64,000 nucleotides of DNA from positions 409,939 to 473,938 of the forward strand of contig CAWBOC010000010.1 in the NCBI GenBank assembly GCA_963790305.1. The letters are read 5' to 3'. Position numbers and translations under genes: made by a program. Source of the DNA: an uncultured Gemmatimonadaceae bacterium (lineage in GTDB: Bacteria; Gemmatimonadota; Gemmatimonadetes; Gemmatimonadales; Gemmatimonadaceae). Below the pieces are notes generated by a model. The model made no database searches. It was not told the origin of the DNA and saw nothing but the letters and a program-made list of their open reading frames with translations. Below, piece after piece: positions 56,460 to 64,000 of the stretch; positions within the stretch are counted from its first letter, which is position 1; every line of letters starts with the position of its first letter.

Positions 56460-57695
56460 ATGACCGCGAACGCGCAGGCACAATGTTACGCTTTACGCCG
56501 AGCTCGGCGGTACGCGATGCTTGGCGGAACAGGGCTCGTTCTTTTTGCCGCGTTCCCCATGGTTACGCAGAGCCAGGTGGCGGATAGCGCGGACATCCGT
56601 GCAGTACTCAACAGGTTTCGGAGCGATACTCTACGGCGGCAGCGCATTGAGGGAATCGTGGCGGCGGACTCTCTGCGTCGCGATTCTGTGTTCAAGCGGG
56701 TTGATAGAGTGATGGTGCAGCTTGGCCGGCTTCCGTGGATGATTCCAGAGGCCCACGACGAGCAACCCCTCACCGATGGCGCGGGGAACTACGGGCCAAT
56801 GTCGTATATCTTCGCCTCTCCGTACCTCGACGGGTTCACGAGGGAGGCCCAATTCATAGAACACGGGCCTCGGGGGGTGCTCGTGGCGGTGGTCTATGTA
56901 AATGCGCCGGTCAACGCGGTCTTACCGGCGACGTACGGCAGACTTCAGCTGAGGGGCGGTGTGAACTGCATATGGCTGTCGGCCGCTCCCGCCGCCAACC
57001 TGATCGCCTGGGCAGCATACGTATCCTCCGCCCAACCGAGCGACTCGACCTGCGTCGCACCGCCAGCGCCCGGTCCGTTTTTGGTCGTTAGGCGCACCGG
57101 CGCACCGGGGCACTTTGACGTTCCGCCGGTCGCGCGGTTCGATGAGGATGTGGCCGGACAGCCATTGCTGGGCGTGAAGTGCCTGGCGGGATGGTGCGAG
57201 ATCGGTCCGCAGGGGTTTCAACGCAAGGTCGCACTGGTCCCTGAAGTGCCTCCGGGCCACCGTGAAACTCGGATCAAGGGCTGGCACGATGAGCAACGCC
57301 TTGCGGTCGATGCGGGCGCGGGTCAAATGACGCCAGGCCCCCGAGCGGCGCTGCGCCCAGTTCGCAACCTTCACGCCCTTTCGGCAGCCTCGTTTCGGAT
57401 GACTTGGCGGCCCGTCGCCACCATCTTTTTTCTGACAACGCCACCTCCCGGATCGAACTACGCGAAGTGGGGACTCCAGGCAGGTCACAATCGACTCGAG
57501 CTCATCGAGTTCGAGGGGCGGTGGGTCGCGCGGATTCGCCGCCAGGACGGATCCATTCGGTACTGGCCTCACGTACAACGGCACGTTCACTACGACGCTC
57601 CCGTACCTGGCGCCGCGAGATTTCGCTGGACAGCACTCGATGATGGTGGCTGGGTGCCTTGCGGTCAGGCGTGCTGTCTCGTCGACGGGATGTAG
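56460..57695 (+). CDS. Hypothetical secreted Cys-containing protein
   Basis: GGAGG RBS, signal-like N-terminus, GVNCIW, KCLAGWCEIG, WVPCGQACC. Confidence 0.7.
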   Translation: MTANAQAQCYALRRARRYAMLGGTGLVLFAAFPMVTQSQVADSADIRAVLNRFRSDTLRRQRIEGIVAADSLRRDSVFKRVDRVMVQLGRLPWMIPEAHDEQPLTDGAGNYGPMSYIFASPYLDGFTREAQFIEHGPRGVLVAVVYVNAPVNAVLPATYGRLQLRGGVNCIWLSAAPAANLIAWAAYVSSAQPSDSTCVAPPAPGPFLVVRRTGAPGHFDVPPVARFDEDVAGQPLLGVKCLAGWCEIGPQGFQRKVALVPEVPPGHRETRIKGWHDEQRLAVDAGAGQMTPGPRAALRPVRNLHALSAASFRMTWRPVATIFFLTTPPPGSNYAKWGLQAGHNRLELIEFEGRWVARIRRQDGSIRYWPHVQRHVHYDAPVPGAARFRWTALDDGGWVPCGQACCLVDGM

Positions 57696-57731
57696 GCAGA
57701 TTCTCCCGCGGGTTGTCGGGGGTGGCGAGGC

Positions 57732-58160
57732 CTACAGCGCCCCCGACAACCAATGCAGGAGGTTGAGCAGGAACTGCGCGTTCTGAGGCGCTCTCGGATC
57801 ACTCATCCCCATTGGCCGCCGCTCCGGCCCCGAGACTTGCGCCGAGAACATGGCGGCTTCGCCGAAGACCGCGACGCGCCCGCGGCCGTGCGTGATCACA
57901 GCCCCCTGAAGCAATCCCGCGCCCAATGTTCGCGGCGTCAATCGCGAGAACTGCCACGCGACCTGAGGCATCAGCACATTGGTCGTCGGTGGAAGCCGGA
58001 GCAGCGTGTCGACAGGCACCGTCGTGCGGAACGCGCTTCCGGTAAAGGTCGCCACGGAATCGATGCGCTCGGTTTGCGAGCGTCCGTTGATGATCGCGTG
58101 TTCGCCGAGCGATCGTGATGACCGGCGAAAAATAAGGGTGCCGGCGTCTCCGGCGCCTGC
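57732..58160 (-). pseudogene. C-terminal fragment of a DUF4350/glutamine-amidotransferase-like protein; 5' part absent
   Basis: GTLIFRRS..ERIDSVATFTGSAF..GRGRVAVFGEAAMFSAQ..NAQFLLNLLHWL; upstream sequence is unrelated. Confidence 0.65.
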
Positions 58161-59585
58161 GCGGGACGCTCGGCCGCCCACCCGGCCGGCGGGTGCGCGC
58201 GCAGCCGCTCGACGACGGCGTCGCGGGCCGCGGGCGCCATCCGCAGCGACACCCCGGCGGTGCTCGTGCACGCCGTGCGCGGTGGCCAGCTCGTCGAGGC
58301 GGTCGAGCAGCCCGGGCCGGCCGCCTTCAGCCCGGCGGCCAGGTCGCAGGCGAGCACGGCCGTCGCGATGCCGTCCTTGTCGCGCACGGCGTCGGGGTCG
58401 ACGCAGGGGCCCAGCGCCTCCTCGTAGCCGTACACGAGCCCGGGCCCGGCGCGGGCGATCCACTTGAACCCGGTGAGCGTCTCGGCGAAGCGGGCGCCGT
58501 GGGCCGCGGCGATCGCCCGCAGCATCGACGACGAGACGACGGTGGTGGCGACGAGCCGGTCGCGGGCGCGGCCGCCGTGGCGCAGGACGTGGTCGCCGAG
58601 CAGCACGCCGGTCTCGTCGCCGGAGAGCATGCGCCAGGCCCCGTCGGGCAGCGGGCACGCCGAGCGCGCACCGGTCGGCGTCGGGGTCGAGGGCGATCGG
58701 CCAGGTCGGCGCCGACGCGCGGCGGCCAGCGCGAGCAGGGCGTCGGCGGCGCCGGGCTCCTCCGGGTTCGGGAAGGCCACCGTCGGGAAGGCCGGGTCGG
58801 GCACGGCCTGCGACGCGACGACGTGCACGTCGGGGAAGCCGGCGCGGTGCAGGGCGAGCACGGCGGTCTCGCCGCCGACGCCGTGCAGCGGGGTGAGCGC
58901 GACGCGCAGCTCGCGCGCGGTGCCGCGGGGCAGCCGGGCGACCCGGTCCAGGTAGGCCTCGCGCACGTCGGCGATCCCGGCGGGCCGCCCCGTCGGGACC
59001 GACACCGCGGGCGGCGCGGCGGTGATCGCAGCCTCGATCGCGGCGTCGGCCGGCGGCGCGAGCTGGCGCCCCGTCGTCGACGTAGACCTTGTAGCCGTTG
59101 TCGGCGGGCGGGTTGTGCGAGGCGGTGATCTGCACGCCCGCGGCCGCGCCGAGCTCGCTGGACGGCGAAGGCCAGCAGCGGCGTCGGGCAGCGGTGCCGG
59201 CAGCACGCGGACCGCGAAGCCGGCGCCGGCCAGCACCTCGGCGGCGTCGGCGGCGAAGGCGGCGGAGCCGTGGCGGGCGTCGCGGCCCGACGACGACGGT
59301 CGCCCCGGCCCGCCCCGTGCCGCGCAGCCAGGCCGCGAGCCCGGCCGTCGTGCGCCGGACCACGGCGACGTTCATCCCGTTCGGCCCGGCGCGGACCGGC
59401 CCGCGCAGCCCGGCCGTGCCGAACGCAGCGGGCCGGCCAAGCGGTCGGCCAGGTCGGCGGCCGCGTCCGCGGTCGCCGGCCAGGGCGGCGGCGAGCACTC
59501 GCTGCAGCTCGGCGCGGGTGGCCGGGTCGGGGTCGTCGGCGATCCAGCGCAAGGCGGCGTCGCGCAGGGTCGGGCACGCCACGCG
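58160..59585 (-). CDS. Phospho-sugar mutase (phosphomannomutase), multiple frameshifts, 3' end cut at the junction
   Basis: FGTAGLRG, QITASHNPPADNGYKVY, ALDPDADR, TLTGFKWI, YGYEEALG..VRDKDGI across several frames. Confidence 0.85.
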
Positions 59586-59592
59586 AGCGCCG

Positions 59593-60381
59593 TCACGAGC
59601 TGGGCGACCAGCTCGCGCAGCAGCCCGCCCATCCGCGCGGCGGCGGCCGCGCCCGGCGGCGAGCACCTCCTGGTGGTCGAGCGGCGCGCCGGACAGGCCC
59701 GGCGGCGAGGTTCGTCACCAGCGACAGCGCGAAGACCTCGACGCCCTCGGCGCGGGCGGCGATCGCCTCGAGCACCGTCGACATGCCGACGAGGTCCGCG
59801 CCGAGCCCGCGCAGCATCCGGATCTCGGCGGGGGTCTCGAAGTGCGGGCCGGGCAGGCCGGCGTAGACGCCCTCGGCGAGCGTGGGGTCGATCGCGCGGG
59901 CGCAGGGCGCGCAGGCGGGGGGAGTACAGGTCGGTGAGGTCGGTGAAGCGCGGGCCGTGCAGCGGTGAGCGTCGCCGGTGAGGTTGAGGTGGTCGGTGAC
60001 GAGGACCGGCTCGCCGACGGACATGCCCTCGCGGATGCCGCCCGCGGCGTTGGTGAGCACGACGGTGCGGCAGCCCGCGGCCGCGGCCGTGCGGACCCCG
60101 TGCGCGACGGCGTCGACGCCGTGGCCCTCGTAGAGGTGGGTGCGCCCGAGCAGCACGAGCACGCGGCGGTCGCCGACGGGCACCGACCGGATCGTGCCCC
60201 CGTGGCCGGCCACGGCGGGCGGCACGAAGCCGGGCAGGTCGGCCATCGGGAGCTCGTGCGCGGGCTCGCCGATCAGGTCGGCGGCGGGGCGCCAGCCGGA
60301 GCCCAGCACCACGGCGACGTCGTGCGCGGCGACGCCGGTGGCGTGGGCGAGCGCGGCGGCGGCGGCGGCGGCGTCGGTCAT
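59593..60381 (-). CDS. punA: Purine nucleoside phosphorylase (trimeric, actinobacterial type), frameshifted
   Basis: [53 protein letters not shown]. Confidence 0.88.
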   Translation of the reverse strand: MTDAAAAAAALAHATGVAAHDVAVVLGSGWRPAADLIGEPAHELPMADLPGFVPPAVAGHGGTIRSVPVGDRRVLVLLGRTHLYEGHGVDAVAHGVRTAAAAGCRTVVLTNAAGGIREGMSVGEPVLVTDHLNLTGDAHRCTARASPTSPTCTPPACAPCARAIDPTLAEGVYAGLPGPHFETPAEIRMLRGLGADLVGMSTVLEAIAARAEGVEVFALSLVTNLAAGPVRRAARPPGGARRRARPPPRGWAGCCASWSPSS

Positions 60382-60461
60382 GCGGGGCCTACGGGCGGTG
60401 CCCGTCGCCGATCGGCGGTGGCAGCGCCGCCCGGCGGGCCGTCGTCGGCGCTTCCCCGCGG

Positions 60462-62194
60462 TCAGCCCGCCGGTCGGCGCCACCTGGCTCGCAACGGCGT
60501 CGAACAGCCGCTCCGAGACGCTCTCCGAGTTCCCGCCGGGCGCCTCCAGCCGCACCGCCAGCACGCCGTCGCGCGCCGGCAGCACGCGCACCCACCCGGT
60601 GCGCGGCAGCCCGCCGTCCACCGTGCGGAACACCAGCTGCGTCGCGTCGGTACCCGGGACCGGCCGCCGGGGGTCGACCTGGACCTCGGACGTCCCCAGC
60701 GACTCCGGCGTGATCCCGCCGGCCACCTCGTCGGCCGAGCCCGCGCGCGACACCGTCAGCTCCTCGCTGCCGTCCGGGCTGAGGAAGCTGACCGCACCGG
60801 CGGCCCGCCGCTCGGTCCAGTCCTGCGGGACCTGGGCCGTGAACCCCAGCTCGTCGGTGTGCGCCCGCAACGCGGTGTCCTCGGTCGCGACCGTCACGGT
60901 GGTCAGCGGCGACTGCCCGGCCACCGCCCGGGTGACCACCCATCCGCCCGCCAGCCCGGCGAGCACGACGGCGGCACCGGCGGCGACCAGGCCCACGGCG
61001 GACAGGCCCGACGCCGGCCGCGGCACCGGGCGGATCTCGGTCTCGACGTCGTCGGGGGACGGCGGATCGCGTGGGCTCGGACCGGCTTCGACCGGTGCCG
61101 GCTCGAACCGCAGGCCCTCGGGCAGCGGGCCGGGCGAGGACGCGAGGGGCGTCGCCGGCACCGGCGGGGCGGGGCCGGGTCCGGGCAGCGGACGGCGGCA
61201 CCACCGCGACGCCGCGGGGCGGCGACGGCTTGCCCGCCGTCGGGCGCCGTCCCGCGGGCCCCGAGCCGCCGGATCCCGCGATCCCCGGTTCCGCGACGGC
61301 GTGACCCGGTAGGTCGCCGCCATCGTCGGGGCGTCGGGAGAGCCGGGGTAGAGCGGGTCGTCCGGGTCGCCGATCAGCGGCCGCAGCCGCCTGCGCACCT
61401 CGCCGAGCGCCATCCGCTGCGCCGGGTCCTTGACCATCAGCGCGGCGATGACCTCGGAGACCGGGCCCGGCCGCCGTCGGCCGGGGCACCTCGCCGTCGA
61501 CCACCTCGGTGATCGTCGAGACGGGGTCGCCCCGCACGTCGTAGGGCGGACGGCCCTCGACCGCGGCGAACAGCGTCGCGCCGAGCCCCCACAGGTCCGC
61601 CGCGGGCGTCACGGGCTGGCCCGCCGCGATCTCCGGCGCGATGTAGGCGGGAGAGCCGAGCACGAGCCCGGCGGTCGTCATCGGGGCGTCGGCCACGTTG
61701 CGGGCGATGCCGAAGTCGGTGAGCTTGACCTGGCCGTCGTGGGCGACGAGGACGTTGCCCGGCTTGACGTCGCGGTGGGTGATCCCGGCCCGGTGCGCCG
61801 CGCGCAGCGCCGCGGCGGTGGCGAACCCGACCACCGCCGCCTGCCCCGTCGACAGCACCCCCTGCTCGGAGATGAGCGTGGCCAGGTTGCGCGACGGCAC
61901 CATCTCCAGCACGACCATCGGCTGCCCGCCGGCGTCGACGACGTCGTAGACCGTGATCACGTTCGGGTGCGAGAGCCCGCCGAGGGCGCGGGCCTCGCGG
62001 AGCATGCGCTCGCGCATCGCGAACGCCTCGCGCTGCGGTATGCCCGGCGGGACCTTGAGCTCCTTCACCGCCACCCGGCGGCGCAGGACCTCGTCGTAGC
62101 CCGACCACACCGTGCCCATCGCGCCGCTGCCCAGCTGCGCCGACAACCGGTAGCGCCCGCCGATCAGGCGCTGCTGGTCGTCCCCCGGATGCAC
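60462..62194 (-). CDS. Transmembrane Ser/Thr protein kinase (actinobacterial type), frameshifted near 61460
   Basis: [43 protein letters not shown]; Pro-rich linker, TM and extracellular domain. Confidence 0.85.
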
Positions 62195-62555
62195 GGGGAC
62201 ATTGTGGAGCGGCGCATCCCGGATCGGGCCGCCGCCCGGCCGCAGTGCTGACGAGGGGGGAGACCACGCGATGTATCCGGTTAGCCTGTGGACGACTCCT
62301 TCCGGTGGGTCGGCGACGCCTGGACGGGGTAGCCGAGCGTCAGGACCGGCGAGGGCAACGAGCGCGACGAACGGCGGACGATCCCGCCCGTCGCGGGGGC
62401 CGACCGTTCGCCACCCGCGATCCGTCCGCCCGCAGCAGATCGACAACCCCTCGGCGAGGATCCGGGCTACGGGGTGATTTCCGCTTGGTACACCGCCGTC
62501 CGGGTGAGGAGTATGGGTGGATGGACCGGGAAGAGACGAAGGGCGGTGGAGGCCG

Positions 62556-63792
62556 GTGACCTTGCTGGAGTCGGAACCTGCCGTCGTGCCGACGGCCGGC
62601 CCCGCGGTCGTCGACCTTGGCGCGGGAAGCGGTCCGGGCTGGTTGGACGCGTGGCTGGCGCGGCACCGCTCCGAGGTCGTGGCCTGGCGCCGCGCCCTGC
62701 ACGCGACGCCCGAGCTCGGCCGCGCCGAGCGCGCCACGACCGCATTCGTCGGGCACCTGCTGACGGCCGCGGGCCTCGAGCCGCGCACCCTTCCCGGCGG
62801 CACCGGTCTGGTCTGCGACGTCGGCCGCGGCAGCCGCTGCGTCGCGCTGCGCGCCGACATCGACGCCCTGCCCGCTGCACGAGGCGACCGGCCTCCCGTT
62901 CGCCTCCACCGTGCCGAACGTCATGCACGCCTGCGGGCACGACGCGCACACCGCGATGCTGCTCGGGGCGGGCCTCGCGCTGGCCACCGCGCCGTCGCTG
63001 CCCGGCCGCGTGCGGCTGATCTTCCAGCCCGCCGAGGAGATCCAGCCCGGCGGCGCCCTGGACATGGTCGCCGACGGGGCGATGGACGGCGTCGACCGGA
63101 TCTTCGCGCTGCACTGCGACCCGCGCCTCGAGGTCGGCCAGATCGGCACGAGGTCGGGCCGATCACGTCGGCCTGCGACGTCGTGGAGATCGCGCTCGCC
63201 TCGCCCGGCGGCCACACCGCCCGCCCCCACCTGACCGCGGACCTCGTCGAGGCGCTCGGGCTGCTGATCACCCAGCTGCCCCTGCTGCTGACCCGGCACG
63301 TCGACCCGCGCTCGGGCACCGTCCTCGTGTGGGGCGCGGTGCAGGCCGGCGAGGCGCCGAACGCGATCCCGCAGCACGGCGTCCTGCGCGGCACGCTGCG
63401 TACCGGCGACCACGCCACGTGGGAGGCGATGGAGCACACCGTCCGCACGCTCGTCGAGCAGGTCCTCGCGCCCACCGGGACGGCCTACACGCTCTCGCAC
63501 ACCCGCGGCGTCCCGCCGGTGGTGAACGAGGCCGAGAGCGCCCGGATGCTGGCCACGCGGTGCGGCCGGTGCTGGGCCCGGAGGCTGCTGCACCACCGAG
63601 CAGTCCAGCGGGGGCGAGGACTTCGCCTGGTACCTGGAGCACGTCCCGGGCGCGATGGCCCGGATCGGCGTCTGGCCCGGCCACGGCCCGATGCGCGACC
63701 TGCACCAGCCCACCTTCGACCTCGACGAGCGCGCGCTGCCCTTCGGCGTGCGCGTGCTGGCCCAGGCGGCCCTGGCGGCCCTGGCCCCCTGA
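62556..63792 (+). CDS. M20D amidohydrolase, multiple frameshifts
   Basis: WRRALHATPELG, ALRADIDALP, MHACGHDAHT, FQPAEE, GGHTARPH, GEDFAWYL, LHQPTFDLDERAL. Confidence 0.85.
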
Positions 63793-63806
63793 CAGCCCGC
63801 TTCGGC

Positions 63807-63831
63807 GGCTCGGCTCGGCTCGGCTCGGCTC
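63807..63831. repeat. (GGCTC)5 short tandem repeat
   Basis: Directly visible downstream of the amidohydrolase. Confidence 0.7.
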
Positions 63832-64000
63832 GTGCCCGGCATCGGCGCGAGTGGAGCGTTCGTGCTCGGCGAGTTCTTGCGCATGCCGGTGCGGGGAGCC
63901 CCGCATATGTGCCCGGTGAGTTGAGCGTGTAGGTACGACACGGCGACAGCTGAGGTTGTCCACATACAGCCCCGGTCATCCACAGCTGTGAGAGCCTGGG

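Noticed and set aside
434..57092. Integron attC sites (GCCTAAC / GTTAGGC match RYYYAAC / GTTRRRY)
   Set aside because: Copies are mostly inside genes and are not paired as inverse core/core around cassette boundaries; no integrase is present
57732..59666. 644-aa fusion ORF in the ORF track
   Set aside because: Artefact of frameshifts plus the junction; it mixes phosphomannomutase frames with an unrelated C-terminus
59593..61437. Kinase C-terminus fused to purine nucleoside phosphorylase
   Set aside because: A frameshift near 60465 probably removes the kinase stop; PNP has its own ATG at 60381
63956..63984. Replication origin (TTGTCCACA and TCATCCACA DnaA-box-like 9-mers)
   Set aside because: Only two boxes at the window edge and no dnaA/dnaN context, so it cannot be supported

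Overview
The window has two very different parts. Bases 1 to ~58,160 look like a GC-rich diderm bacterium (roughly 65-70% GC by eye; gene content suggests Gemmatimonadota, which is an inference). This part carries two four-domain multicopper oxidases, a TonB-dependent receptor, a SAM-II riboswitch ahead of an ATP-grasp + flavin monooxygenase pair, and a SusC/SusD glycan-utilisation-like locus with four FG-GAP/ASPIC-UnbV proteins, GH20, GH16 and a ChbG-like deacetylase. It also has an AhpD-like gene with an in-frame TGA and SECIS-like hairpin (probable selenoprotein), peptidases, redox genes and a Ser/Thr kinase module. This part also contains eight 9-nt-periodic palindromic intergenic elements and a strongly iterated heptamer CCTAACG/CGTTAGG (31 copies counted by eye, mostly inside genes). 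From ~58,160 to the end the sequence switches abruptly, mid-gene, to much higher-GC, heavily frameshifted actinobacterial-type genes (phosphomannomutase, purine nucleoside phosphorylase, Ser/Thr kinase, M20 amidohydrolase), most likely a chimeric join. Scattered single-base frameshifts suggest long-read errors. Family assignments come from motif recognition, not database searches.
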